NCBI GenBank assembly: GCA_963665665.1
Contig: OY762428.1
Coordinates: forward strand, 5,024,001-5,088,000
DNA length: 64,000 bases
Source of the DNA: Candidatus Kapaibacterium sp.
GTDB lineage: Bacteria > Bacteroidota > Ignavibacteria > Kapaibacteriales > UBA2268
Direction of reading: 5' to 3'
In this document: positions 18,888 through 28,870 of the stretch, piece after piece
Layout: each line of letters starts with the position of its first letter
Position numbering within the stretch: the stretch's first letter is position 1
Notes under the pieces: model-generated
The model's database searches: none
Told to the model about the DNA's origin: nothing
What the model saw: the letters and a program-made list of their open reading frames with translations, nothing else
Translations under genes and position numbers: made by a program

Positions 18888-20043
18888 TAGGAACTCCTCC
18901 GAAAAATCCTGATACCCAGTTTTCACCAAGACAATCTAATAGTTCTTCTTCGCTCAGATTGTTGTCTTTGAATTGTTTATTCGCCTTTTCAATAATGTTT
19001 TGCAAATTCTCAACTTTTGTCTCTCCGTCTTTCATTTCAAAGATGTGTACTGATTGTGGAAATTCCCTGAATTCCTGTAAAACAACCGGTGAATGGGTTG
19101 AGATTATAATCGGAATCGTTCTTGATTCGGACAATTCCCAAATAAGCCTGATGATTTCACTAATGCGACGTGGATGGATATTGTTTTCCGGTTCTTCTAT
19201 CATCAGAAATCGGAGCTGCTCTTTCTGATGGATAATGGCAATAATTGCAAGCAGATACAGCACGCCGTCCGAGATAGAATCCGGCCAGATAATTTTATTC
19301 CATTTATTAATCAATCCAATAATTTTATGAGTACTTCCGTTGACTTTTTGGAACCTAACTCCTTTAAATTCCGGAATCAGCCTGTTCAAAGTTTTATTAA
19401 TCTGTTCAATAATTTCAGGATAAGTATCCTGAAAATTATCAATTACAGATACAATATTGGACGCATCAGGGCTGATTCTGTATTCTGCTTCTTTAAGTTC
19501 TCCTGCCTGCCTGACGATGTTTACCAAAGGACGATATATTTCGGATGATGAAAGTTTTATAAAGAAGTTTGTAAGAAATTTATTTTTTGAATGACCTTTA
19601 ATAATTGGAAGTTTATCATTAGTAATCTCAACATTATTATTTGAGAAAAGGCTTGCTTTTTCATCAATACTTATATTATTAATAAAATCAAAAAAATAAG
19701 AGTCAGAAGCTAATCCAGTAATAAAATAAAAATTGATTTCTTGATTGCCATCACCAATATCTTGAATATTGTTAATAACAAAATAGTTATGCAGGTATTC
19801 TTTTCCTTGCTTTTCAATTGCATAGATGCTCATTGGATATTCAACATTAAGTAGATTGCATTTGACATTTTTGAATTTTTCAGAATCGGGATAACTCCCG
19901 CTCAGAATATCCCCCCAGAATTTCAGGGCATTCATTGTATTGGTTTTGCCGGAATTATTAGCTCCGATAAGAACATTTTGATCTTGCAGCTCCAAATCAA
20001 TTTGTTTTATACTTTTAAAGTTGGATATTCTGATTTTAACCAT
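18877..20043 (-). CDS. AAA_15/AAA_21-type ABC ATPase (OLD/AbiEii-like)
   Basis: ISNFKSI, Walker A GANNSGKT, signature ISDG, Walker B LMIEEPE, STHSP. Confidence 0.9.
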   Translation of the reverse strand: MVKIRISNFKSIKQIDLELQDQNVLIGANNSGKTNTMNALKFWGDILSGSYPDSEKFKNVKCNLLNVEYPMSIYAIEKQGKEYLHNYFVINNIQDIGDGNQEINFYFITGLASDSYFFDFINNISIDEKASLFSNNNVEITNDKLPIIKGHSKNKFLTNFFIKLSSSEIYRPLVNIVRQAGELKEAEYRISPDASNIVSVIDNFQDTYPEIIEQINKTLNRLIPEFKGVRFQKVNGSTHKIIGLINKWNKIIWPDSISDGVLYLLAIIAIIHQKEQLRFLMIEEPENNIHPRRISEIIRLIWELSESRTIPIIISTHSPVVLQEFREFPQSVHIFEMKDGETKVENLQNIIEKANKQFKDNNLSEEELLDCLGENWVSGFFGGVPNDI

Positions 20044-20142
20044 CTTGAAACCTGAATTATTATATCAACAATTACTCGTTATTACTTATTCATGTAATTT
20101 AACACAGATAAATTAATTTCAAAATATTATTTCCCTAAAAAT

Positions 20143-20171
20143 AAAAAAAGGCCACAAAAATGCAGCCTTTT
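20143..20171 (-). terminator. Probable intrinsic terminator
   Basis: aaaaaggc...gccttttt inverted repeat just after the stop at 20194. Confidence 0.5.
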
Positions 20172-20193
20172 TAATTCTTTGAGCAAAAGTTAA

Positions 20194-21594
20194 TTATCTT
20201 ACTTTGTTAAGCTTTACTATCTCGGTTTTAAGTCCGTTGGAAACCTTTAGAATATAGTTTCCGGCGCTGATATTCTGATTGTCGAACCAAACAAAGTTGT
20301 GGTCGCCGGCGTTATAATAATCTGCTTTAAAGAATATTTTATTTCCCATCATATCGAACATTTCGAAAGTTATATTTTGCGCTTCGGGAATTGAAAATGT
20401 CAGAGTGAATTTGTCGCTGAAGGGAGTGGGGGAAACGCTTTTAATTTCAAGTTTGTTTGAATTAACAATATTTTCTTCTATCGAAGTGATAATTCTGCCG
20501 GAAATGTAAACTCCGCCGCCCTGAACTCCTGCATAAGCCAGAATACCTTCGTCTGTTGGCTCCCAGTTTGGTATTTCCACATGAGTGCAGAATGCTCCGT
20601 CAGGCAGCCCGTCGTCAAATTTTTCCCAGTAAAATCCAGTATTTGCAGATCCCCAGATACCATCTTCGCCACAGGCAGCAACAAGATATTTCGGATTTGT
20701 CGGGTGCTCTTTTATCTGGTATACGAATGCTCCTTCTGCAGCTGCAAGTTCCCATGTCATTCCTGAGTCCATACTCCTGTAAATTCCCTTGGGTATACTG
20801 TTTCTTTCTCTGTCGAGTGAATCGGCCCCGCAAAGAATTACCCTTGGCGACCTTGAGGATGGCATCACGCATAAAATTCTGAGCCCTTCAATTCCTTCGC
20901 TGCCGCGAATCCATGTCTGTCCGTTATCATGCGATCTGAAAACCCCGCCGTCGAAAATATTATCTCCTGCAAGGTAAACTGTTTTATCATCATAAGTAGG
21001 AACAGCCACATCCCTGGATTGTATATTAAGTCCTGTTCCGTTGCTGCATGTTTCGAATCCATCTGTACTTACAATGAAACCGTCGCTGGTATTTGATGCA
21101 GCACCATAAATATAACCGTCTCCGGCAGATCTGGATTCCAGGTCATAAATCTGATGCAGTTCGTTGCAGTATGAATCATCAACAGCCCACGAATCACCTC
21201 TGTCTGTGGATTTCAACATATAGCCGCGTTTGGCTTTATACACTGAAGCAAACCATACTTCAGGATTTTTTGGATCTTCGATTATACTCATAACAGAGAA
21301 TGAGTCCAGCCTTGTTTCACTCCAGTTTTGTCCTCTGTCTGTACTATATTTGAAACCGCTTCCAACAAAAAAGAACTTAGGAGCTTCTGCACGAATATCC
21401 ACTTCATAAGTGTTTGAGGAAACCACCAGGTAATCGGGGTTGGATTTGGGAGTATAAATGTTTAAAATCGAATGGTTGGCAGTATCAAGTTTTTGCCAGA
21501 ATTGTGCATTTGAAGGTAAATATGCTGCAGTGAATAATAAAAAAATCATTGAGCAGAATATTTTTCTGTTATTCTTTGTAATAGGTCTTTTCAT
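20194..21594 (-). CDS. T9SS-secreted BNR/VPS10-like beta-propeller protein
   Basis: Repeated SxDxGxxW boxes; C-terminal SPTPF...GNYILKV...KLNKVR type A sorting domain. Confidence 0.87.
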   Translation of the reverse strand: MKRPITKNNRKIFCSMIFLLFTAAYLPSNAQFWQKLDTANHSILNIYTPKSNPDYLVVSSNTYEVDIRAEAPKFFFVGSGFKYSTDRGQNWSETRLDSFSVMSIIEDPKNPEVWFASVYKAKRGYMLKSTDRGDSWAVDDSYCNELHQIYDLESRSAGDGYIYGAASNTSDGFIVSTDGFETCSNGTGLNIQSRDVAVPTYDDKTVYLAGDNIFDGGVFRSHDNGQTWIRGSEGIEGLRILCVMPSSRSPRVILCGADSLDRERNSIPKGIYRSMDSGMTWELAAAEGAFVYQIKEHPTNPKYLVAACGEDGIWGSANTGFYWEKFDDGLPDGAFCTHVEIPNWEPTDEGILAYAGVQGGGVYISGRIITSIEENIVNSNKLEIKSVSPTPFSDKFTLTFSIPEAQNITFEMFDMMGNKIFFKADYYNAGDHNFVWFDNQNISAGNYILKVSNGLKTEIVKLNKVR

Positions 21595-21936
21595 AATTAA
21601 TAACCGATATATGATAATAAAAATTTTTAACATCTTTATAATTGTGAATAAATAATTAAACAATTTAAATAAAATTTTAGTCCTATCTAAGTAAGAATTG
21701 CTAATATTTAAAAATTTTTTTCCACAAATATTTACACTTCTGATTCAGAGACGTTAGTTTGATTTTTTATATCTTACAACAAAATAAGAAAATATCCCAA
21801 ATATACCTATACATATCAGAATCAAATTGTCTGATCATTTTAAATAATTGCAATAAGCTGTGGAAAAACTAATCTTGTGCTAAGTCGTCTTTTTTTGTAG
21901 TTTGCATTAGCATGTATCACATTGCAGCTGGTTTTG

Positions 21937-22590
21937 ATGAATATCCCCGAAATATATGAATTGATTGAAAGTGGTGAATCAACAACTGTTGAATTCAAAA
22001 GAAAAGCCAAAACCCCGCTAAAAATTGCGAAGGAGCTTGCTGCATTCGCAAATACTAAAGGTGGATTTTTGTTTGTAGGCATTGATGATGATGCTACTAT
22101 TTATGGAGTAAGAAGCGAGAAATCAGAACTTGATGTTATTGACAAGGCATGCAATTTTTTTATCGACCCTCCGATAAAACCTGAAATTGAGATTGCAGAG
22201 CTCAAGTATAAGGACGTTATAATTGTAAAAATAAGGGAAAGCAAGAACAAACCTCACAGACTGATAAGCGAAGAAGATGATGACAATATGGATAACAGAG
22301 TATATATCCGAATCGGGGAAAAATGTGTTATTGCAAGCCGGGAAATGACCCGCCTTATGAAGCAGCAAACATTGGACAAACCTGTGAAGCTTAGTATTGG
22401 TGATAAGGAGAAAAGGCTGTTTGCCTATCTTGATAAATACGAGAAAGCAACAGTTAAAGAATTTGCAAAACTTGTAAATATATCCACAAGGCGTGCAGAA
22501 AGGCTAATGATAAGATTGGTAAGGGCGGGAGTAATGCAAATAAATAATGATGAATATCATGATTACTTTACACTGATTCAACCGCGCTGA
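21937..22590 (+). CDS. AlbA_2 (Schlafen-like) domain protein with C-terminal HTH
   Basis: GESTTVEFK, AAFANTKGGFLFVGIDD, VYIRIG; C-terminal TVKEFAKLVNISTRRA HTH. Confidence 0.88.
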   Translation: MNIPEIYELIESGESTTVEFKRKAKTPLKIAKELAAFANTKGGFLFVGIDDDATIYGVRSEKSELDVIDKACNFFIDPPIKPEIEIAELKYKDVIIVKIRESKNKPHRLISEEDDDNMDNRVYIRIGEKCVIASREMTRLMKQQTLDKPVKLSIGDKEKRLFAYLDKYEKATVKEFAKLVNISTRRAERLMIRLVRAGVMQINNDEYHDYFTLIQPR

Positions 22591-22746
22591 CAGCACTTTT
22601 TGATGTATCACATTATATATTATATATTGCCTTTTTGTAATATAAACTTTTTGATTTTTCAATAAGTAGAAAAAATTTAATAATTATTATTTTTAAAGTT
22701 ATTATCTTTGTAATCTTTATGTATTGTTTGTTAATACAGAGTCGGT

Positions 22747-24291
22747 ATGAGCTTTAGGAAAAGATTGTTTGATTTTCTTCGCCGTAAGAGCGAAGCCCAC
22801 GAAGGTGGAGGCAAAAAGGCCATTGAAAAGCAGATTTCTATGGGAAAGATGACAGCGCGTCAGAGAGTTGAAGCGCTGCTTGATCCCGGTACTTTTCATG
22901 AATACGACCTCTTCGTGGAACACAAATGTGAAGACTTCGGGATGTCCCAGAAAATTCTTGCCAGCGACGGTGTAATAACCGGTACCGGCAGGATAATGGA
23001 CCACCCGGTTTGCATATACGCACAGGACTTTACAGTTGCAGGCGGTTCTCTCGGGATTATGCATGCCCGGAAAATCACCAAAATAATGGATCACGCATTG
23101 AAACTTGGAATGCCGATCATTGGTATCAATGATTCCGGTGGCGCAAGAATTCAGGAAGGCGTAAACGCACTTGCAGGTTACGGTGAGATTTTCCTCAGGA
23201 ACACAATTGCATCCGGAGTAGTTCCTCAGATATCTGTGATTCTTGGCCCATGTGCCGGTGGTGCGGTATACTCACCAGCCCTTACAGATTTCGTTTTCGT
23301 GGTTGATAAAATTTCAAAAATGTTCATCACGGGTCCTGAAGTTATTAAAACTGTTCTTGGTGAAGAAGTGACTATGGAAGAGCTTGGCGGTGCAAGAACA
23401 CAGGCGGAAATTTCCGGAAATGCACATTTCTTTGCCGAATCGGAAACAGAATGTTTCGATCAGATCAAGAACCTTCTTACATTTATTCCCTGGAATAATC
23501 GTAAGAAAGCAGATCCTTTCAGGCCCAAAAGGCCCAAGCCGGATTATAAGATAGAAGAAATCATTCCGGGATCGCCCAACGAACCTTATGATATTCGGGA
23601 TGTAATGAAATCCATTTCAGATAATTCTGATTTTCTGGAAATACAGGAGCTTTGGGCATCAAATATCGTGATTGGATTTATTCGTGTAAACGGTGAAACA
23701 ATCGGGGTAATTGGAAATCAACCACTGGTTCTGGCTGGTGTTCTTGATGTTGATGCATCAGACAAGGCTGCAAGGTTTATTCGTTTTTGCGATGCTTTCA
23801 ATATTCCTATACTTACATTGGTTGATATTCCCGGGTATTTGCCGGGAGTTGATCAGGAACATGCGGGAGTTATCAGGCACGGAGCAAAAATCCTTTATGC
23901 ATACAGCGAAGCAACAGTTCCCAAAATAACCATTATCCTTCGAAAAGCTTACGGAGGCGGTTATATTGCTATGTGTTCAAGGCATCTTGGCGCTGATTTT
24001 GTTTTTGCCTGGCCTACTGCTGAAATTGCTGTTATGGGGCCCGAAGGTGCTGCAAATATTATTTTCCGCAAGGAAATTACAGGCGCAGCAGACCCGGATT
24101 CTGTAAGGAAAGAAAAAGTTCAGGAATATACAGAAAAATTTGCTAATCCGTATATTGCTGCTGCTAACGGGCATGTTGATGCTGTTATTCAGCCGAATGA
24201 AACCAGGGATCATGTAATTCATTGTATTGGTATTTCAAAATTTAAAGATGATTACATGCCTAAGAAAAAACATGGCATTCCGCCGTTCTAA
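22747..24291 (+). CDS. pccB: Acyl-CoA carboxylase/decarboxylase carboxyltransferase subunit (PccB/MmdA-like)
   Basis: GKMTARQR, QDFTVAGGSLG, NDSGGARIQEG, GPCAGGAVYSPA, RKAYGG, KKHGIPP. Confidence 0.93.
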   Translation: MSFRKRLFDFLRRKSEAHEGGGKKAIEKQISMGKMTARQRVEALLDPGTFHEYDLFVEHKCEDFGMSQKILASDGVITGTGRIMDHPVCIYAQDFTVAGGSLGIMHARKITKIMDHALKLGMPIIGINDSGGARIQEGVNALAGYGEIFLRNTIASGVVPQISVILGPCAGGAVYSPALTDFVFVVDKISKMFITGPEVIKTVLGEEVTMEELGGARTQAEISGNAHFFAESETECFDQIKNLLTFIPWNNRKKADPFRPKRPKPDYKIEEIIPGSPNEPYDIRDVMKSISDNSDFLEIQELWASNIVIGFIRVNGETIGVIGNQPLVLAGVLDVDASDKAARFIRFCDAFNIPILTLVDIPGYLPGVDQEHAGVIRHGAKILYAYSEATVPKITIILRKAYGGGYIAMCSRHLGADFVFAWPTAEIAVMGPEGAANIIFRKEITGAADPDSVRKEKVQEYTEKFANPYIAAANGHVDAVIQPNETRDHVIHCIGISKFKDDYMPKKKHGIPPF

Positions 24292-24323
24292 TATTGAATT
24301 TTTTCATCAATTTCGGGAAACCG

Positions 24324-24638
24324 ATGAGCAATCTTGACTATACAGTTTTAGTTGTTGATGATACAGCATATAAAACTAAACTTACAAAAAAATATCTGAA
24401 CAGGAAGCTGTATAAAAGAGCCAATCCTAAGGAAATTAATTCTTTTATTCCTGCTACTATCGGGCCTGTTTATGTAAAACCCGGAGATTCAGTAACAAAG
24501 GGCCAGGCACTTATGATTTGCGAAGCTATGAAGATGAAAAATGATCTTCAGTCCCCTGATGACGGCGTAATAAAAAACATTTATGTCAAAACAGGTGATA
24601 TTGTAAAAAAGGGGCAGTTGTTACTTGATTTCGAGTAA
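24324..24638 (+). CDS. Biotin carboxyl carrier protein
   Basis: EAMKM biotinylation motif. Confidence 0.92.
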   Translation: MSNLDYTVLVVDDTAYKTKLTKKYLNRKLYKRANPKEINSFIPATIGPVYVKPGDSVTKGQALMICEAMKMKNDLQSPDDGVIKNIYVKTGDIVKKGQLLLDFE

Positions 24639-24659
24639 TTTTATCCGATTTTTTATTCT

Positions 24660-24692
24660 GGCTGCTTTTTTTTAACAGAGCAGCCTTTTTTT
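24660..24692 (+). terminator. Intrinsic terminator after BCCP
   Basis: ggctgct...agcagcc followed by a T-run. Confidence 0.75.
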
Positions 24693-24705
24693 GTTATTTT
24701 TTTCT

Positions 24706-24752
24706 TTGACAAATAAAATTTTATTATTAGATTATTGTGAATTCTTTCACGA
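24706..24752 (+). promoter_or_regulatory. rex promoter (TTGACA...TAGATT) and Rex operator TTGTGAA-TTCT-TTCACGA at 24735-24752
   Basis: One mismatch to the Rex consensus TTGTGAA-N4-TTCACAA, located between the -10 and the rex start. Confidence 0.85.
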
Positions 24753-24770
24753 ACTTTTTGAAACTTTTTT

Positions 24771-25424
24771 ATGGAAAAAATACCACCAAGAACCGTTGCA
24801 AGACTGATTATTTACAGGAAAATATTGAACAGCCTTATTTATGAAGGCGTATCTCATATTTTTTCCAGGAAATTAGCCGAGATGGCAGGATGTACACCGG
24901 AACAGGTAAGAAGAGACCTTATGGCTATCGGCTATCAGGGGTCAACTGTTTCAGGATATGATGTTTCAGAACTTGAATATAGTATCGGTTATGTCATGGA
25001 TGACCCCGAAGGAGTGAAAATAGCTATTGTCGGAGGTGGTCTGTTAGGACGGGCTATACTTGATTATTGCTATTGGCGATATCCAAACTTTTCTACTTTC
25101 CTGTCATTTTCGAATGAAAAAGATATTTCTGATAAAGTATATCATGGTTGCAAATGCTATACCATGAAGCAGATCGAGGAAGTATTGGAAATGGAAACAG
25201 TTGATATCGTTATTCTGGCAATAGAATCCGAACATGTGCAAAATCTTGCAAACAGGCTTGTAAAATCAGGCGTAATAGGAATATTGAACTACACACCCAT
25301 TCATCTTGATCTGCCTTCAGAGGTATTTGTAGAAGATATGGATTTGATGCTTGCAATTGACAAGGCTGCTTTTTTTGTTAAGCACGAAACGCATATTAAA
25401 AAGAAGAAGAAAAAGAAAAAATAA
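24771..25424 (+). CDS. rex: Redox-sensing transcriptional repressor Rex
   Basis: IPPRTVARL..Y, QVRRDL..IG..G..GYDV, Rossmann VGGGLLGRA, GILNYTP. Confidence 0.93.
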   Translation: MEKIPPRTVARLIIYRKILNSLIYEGVSHIFSRKLAEMAGCTPEQVRRDLMAIGYQGSTVSGYDVSELEYSIGYVMDDPEGVKIAIVGGGLLGRAILDYCYWRYPNFSTFLSFSNEKDISDKVYHGCKCYTMKQIEEVLEMETVDIVILAIESEHVQNLANRLVKSGVIGILNYTPIHLDLPSEVFVEDMDLMLAIDKAAFFVKHETHIKKKKKKKK

Positions 25425-25463
25425 TATAATATCTATTGAATGTCCCGAAAAGGCTTCCTGTTA

Positions 25464-26324
25464 TTAGGGAGCCTGGGCTTTGTTTTGATCTTTTGCGAGT
25501 TCATCTTGCATTTTCGCGATGAAAGCCAGAAATTTTTCTCTTTCTTCGTCTGTCAACAGGGTTACTCCCTCTTTTTCTGCTTTTTTCTTCTGAATTTCCT
25601 CCATAAATCCCATACTTAGAATACCAGTGGGAATAGCCACAAGGCCAATTCCGAAAAGTGCGGTAACCGCGGCAATGAACTGTCCCCAACCTGTTACAGG
25701 AAATACGTCGCCATATCCAATGGTAGTAAGTGTTGCTATTGCCCACCAGAAGGTAGCAAAGATATTTGGAAATTTGTCCGGTTGTACGTCATGTTCAAGT
25801 TCGTACATCAGTGAAGCGGACATTAATATCATAATAAGTGCACCGAAAACAGTTATAAGTAATTCGCTTTTTTTGTTGGAAATAACATTACTTACAAGCC
25901 TTAAGGACTGGAAATAGTGTGCAAGTTTGAATATCCTGAGTAAGCGTAGAATTCTTAAAAAACGGAGATCAAGCTTTATAATAAATGGTAAATAAAATGG
26001 CAGTATGGCGACTAAATCAATAATTCCCATTGGAGAAAAAATATATTTCAGTCTTGATTTTACAGGCCCGTATTCTTTGAATTGTATGTCGGCAACCCAT
26101 ATTCTAGCAATGTATTCAGCCGTGAATATTATGACCGAAATATAATCAAATGAATCAAAAAACAGTTTATGGGATTGATACAGATTATGGTAAGATTCAA
26201 GAATGATTGCTATGACATTTAATATTATCAGGCCTGAAATAAAGTAATCGTCTATCATATAGAGCAGACCCTTTTTTTCTTCTTCGGTATGAAGTATTTC
26301 TCCGACAATTTTTTTAAGTTTCAT
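25464..26324 (-). CDS. Voltage-gated potassium channel (6TM ion transporter)
   Basis: S4 LRFLRILRLLRIFK; selectivity filter TLTTIGYGD. Confidence 0.94.
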   Translation of the reverse strand: MKLKKIVGEILHTEEEKKGLLYMIDDYFISGLIILNVIAIILESYHNLYQSHKLFFDSFDYISVIIFTAEYIARIWVADIQFKEYGPVKSRLKYIFSPMGIIDLVAILPFYLPFIIKLDLRFLRILRLLRIFKLAHYFQSLRLVSNVISNKKSELLITVFGALIMILMSASLMYELEHDVQPDKFPNIFATFWWAIATLTTIGYGDVFPVTGWGQFIAAVTALFGIGLVAIPTGILSMGFMEEIQKKKAEKEGVTLLTDEEREKFLAFIAKMQDELAKDQNKAQAP

Positions 26325-26432
26325 TTTACACTATTATTATTTTCAATAAATGCTGAAAATAACGCAAATAATGTGCCGCATATTTTTTGAGCAAATTTTC
26401 TTTGGTAGCTTTTTTAATTTGTAAGTAAATAA

Positions 26433-26867
26433 TTAGTCAAAATCCGAAAATATCTCGGCAGGCCATTTCCCGTCCAATAGGATTGAATAGATTATTATTA
26501 TATTTACAGCCCAGGCTCCGACAGTATTAAAGAACATAGCGAATGCTTTAGGAAATAAAATAAGTGCTATTGTTGATACCATTGCGGATATTTGTGCTGC
26601 AAATGTCCATTCAACAATTTCTATAATATTATAAAAACTGAGAGCTGAGAATATGGCGAACAGTCCTGGAAAAGCATAAACAATGATACAAATAGCTTTG
26701 TTAATAGTATCGCCAAAAGATTTCAGAGCCCATGATTTATAACTGTTGTTCTGCTTAAATTTAACACAGAATCCGGTAATAACCCCCTGAAAGTGCCCGA
26801 TGCCATGAACCAGAAGTACTATGAATACCAATAATTTTATTGTTGTTTTTTCCATGATAAAATTCAC
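26433..26867 (-). CDS. Hypothetical membrane protein
   Basis: About four hydrophobic helices; HGIGH motif in the first helix. Confidence 0.7.
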   Translation of the reverse strand: MNFIMEKTTIKLLVFIVLLVHGIGHFQGVITGFCVKFKQNNSYKSWALKSFGDTINKAICIIVYAFPGLFAIFSALSFYNIIEIVEWTFAAQISAMVSTIALILFPKAFAMFFNTVGAWAVNIIIIYSILLDGKWPAEIFSDFD

Positions 26868-26966
26868 CTTGAAATATTTGAATAATTATAATCGAATTCA
26901 ACAGGTATAATTTAAATTATAAAAATCCAATTATTACGCAAAATTATTTTTTTAAAGGTGAATGAT

Positions 26967-26996
26967 AAAAAAGCCCCGTCCGAAAGACGAGGCTTC
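26967..26996 (-). terminator. Intrinsic terminator after the racemase gene
   Basis: aagccccgtc-cgaaa-gacgaggctt with an A-run. Confidence 0.7.
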
Positions 26997-27018
26997 TATT
27001 GAAGAATTATTTAAAAAA

Positions 27019-28089
27019 TTACACTAATTTTTTTTCAATATATTTTGAATTGATGGCTCGTAGTGTACCCATGTAGTCCATTTTGAATTCCAGCAAGTCG
27101 CCAACCTTGTAATCTTTTCGATTTTTGCCAAGATCCATTACAAGCATATCAGAACTTGCCCCTACAAAACTGACGGATTCATCAGTTGGTTGAAGGTGGC
27201 TATGGTCAACATCTAAAAGCCCTAAATCAATAATCGCACGGCAGGATGTTTTTCCAACTTCTTCATCATTGAAATCATATTCATGGCCTTCAACATTAGT
27301 GCCCATTTCTCCAATTGGAACGATAGGTTTTTCTTCCAGCTCGATTATTTCGCAATAAAGTTTAAATGTATCAGGATGCATATTTTTCAGTGGTTTATTA
27401 TTATAAACATCAGTTCCGAGGAACAATGTTTCTCCGACCCTGAAGTGATTAATACTTTTCGGGAGTAATTTCTGAAATATCAGAGGAATTGTAACAGAAG
27501 ACCCACCGGAAACAAAAGGGATTTGTTTTTGAAATTTTGCTTCAATCAATTGCTCATAAAGTCCAAGCTGTATCAATTTATCATGATTCGGCAAAACGCC
27601 ATAGAGACATGATAAATTTGCTCCTATTCCTACTACTTCAATGTTTTCCAATTCAAAAACATTTGAGTAAAACTCCATAAAATCCTCTCCCATAACACCT
27701 TCGCGTAATTCACCGAGTTCAATCATAATGATTATCTTGTGCTTTTTATTTTGTCTGCCAGCTTCTTCAGATAGCATTTGAATAGTATCAATTGATGTAT
27801 TCATACTAATATCAGCATACTTGACAATTGATTTGATCGATCTCTTCGCCGGTGGCTTTATATACATAGTCTCGATTTCAGGGTCTATGGATTTAATTGC
27901 CTTTAAATTGGTTACTCTTGAATCGCAAATGTGCTTTACATTGAGCTTTAACAACTCATTAAGAAATAATTTATTGCCGCATAGCATTTTAGATACTATG
28001 GACCACTGAATATTATTTTTCTCAAAAAGATTATCCAGATATTTGAAGTTCTCATTGAGCTTATTTATGTCTAATGTGATAAACGCCAT
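27019..28089 (-). CDS. Alanine/ornithine racemase family PLP enzyme
   Basis: IVSKMLCG (PLP Lys), DSR, ELGELREG, SGGSS, HFRVGE, GASSDML. Confidence 0.9.
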   Translation of the reverse strand: MAFITLDINKLNENFKYLDNLFEKNNIQWSIVSKMLCGNKLFLNELLKLNVKHICDSRVTNLKAIKSIDPEIETMYIKPPAKRSIKSIVKYADISMNTSIDTIQMLSEEAGRQNKKHKIIIMIELGELREGVMGEDFMEFYSNVFELENIEVVGIGANLSCLYGVLPNHDKLIQLGLYEQLIEAKFQKQIPFVSGGSSVTIPLIFQKLLPKSINHFRVGETLFLGTDVYNNKPLKNMHPDTFKLYCEIIELEEKPIVPIGEMGTNVEGHEYDFNDEEVGKTSCRAIIDLGLLDVDHSHLQPTDESVSFVGASSDMLVMDLGKNRKDYKVGDLLEFKMDYMGTLRAINSKYIEKKLV

Positions 28090-28097
28090 GACGGCCC

Positions 28098-28541
28098 CTA
28101 TTTAATTAATCTCATTTCAATATATTTACTTGTATAGCCTACTTTTTCATAAAGATGTCTTGCAGGATTGTCCGGCTCAACATGTAAAGCAATATTGCCT
28201 TTTGCTGTTTCGCTGGCTTTATTCATTAATGCTTTGCCAATTCCCTGTCCGCGGTATCCGTGATGAGTAGCAATATAAACAAGAATATTTTCAGGAATGT
28301 AGTCCAGCATACCTGTTTCATTTACAATTACCACGCCTGTAAGCTCATCGTTTTCGGCATGAGAAGTTAATATAAATCCACCAAATGATGGCCTTTCTTT
28401 CAATGCGTAATCTGCACATTTTTCTATGTCGGCACGGGGGTCGCCGTATTGTTCGAGATGTTTGTAGAGGAAATCGATTAATTGTTCTTTTTCTGTTTCT
28501 GTTGGTTTGTTTTCTGAATCAAATGTTTTGATTAAAACCAT
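28098..28541 (-). CDS. GNAT family N-acetyltransferase
   Basis: YRGQGIGKALM, LHVEPDNPARHLYEKVG. Confidence 0.92.
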   Translation of the reverse strand: MVLIKTFDSENKPTETEKEQLIDFLYKHLEQYGDPRADIEKCADYALKERPSFGGFILTSHAENDELTGVVIVNETGMLDYIPENILVYIATHHGYRGQGIGKALMNKASETAKGNIALHVEPDNPARHLYEKVGYTSKYIEMRLIK

Positions 28542-28870
28542 AAAAATCCCAAATAAATAAACATACTATTGCTAATAGAATATATAATCCTATGTGAAAA
28601 AATTATACTGTTCTAATTAGATTTTCTAATATAATAAAATATAATGTGATTACCAAATTTGTATAATATATTATAAATTAACATATATACATTATTTAAC
28701 TAATGTAAATAATTTATTAATGAAGTAGTGTTAACATTAATAATAGTTGGATATTTTTTATTAGTTCTATCTGTATGAGATTTGCAGATTAGACTAAATC
28801 AAAGATAAAACCCGCAAGGCTAAGATTTCTTAACATTCCGGGCTTAACATAATTACATTTATAAATAATT

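Noticed and set aside
21717-21868. Replication origin (two TTTTCCACA DnaA-box matches)
   Set aside because: Only two boxes and no dnaA/dnaN/gidA context; the exact TTATCCACA at about 12733 overlaps a REP-like element
21937-22590. AlbA_2 protein as part of a defence island
   Set aside because: Stand-alone among housekeeping genes and separated from the ATPase pair; no supporting context
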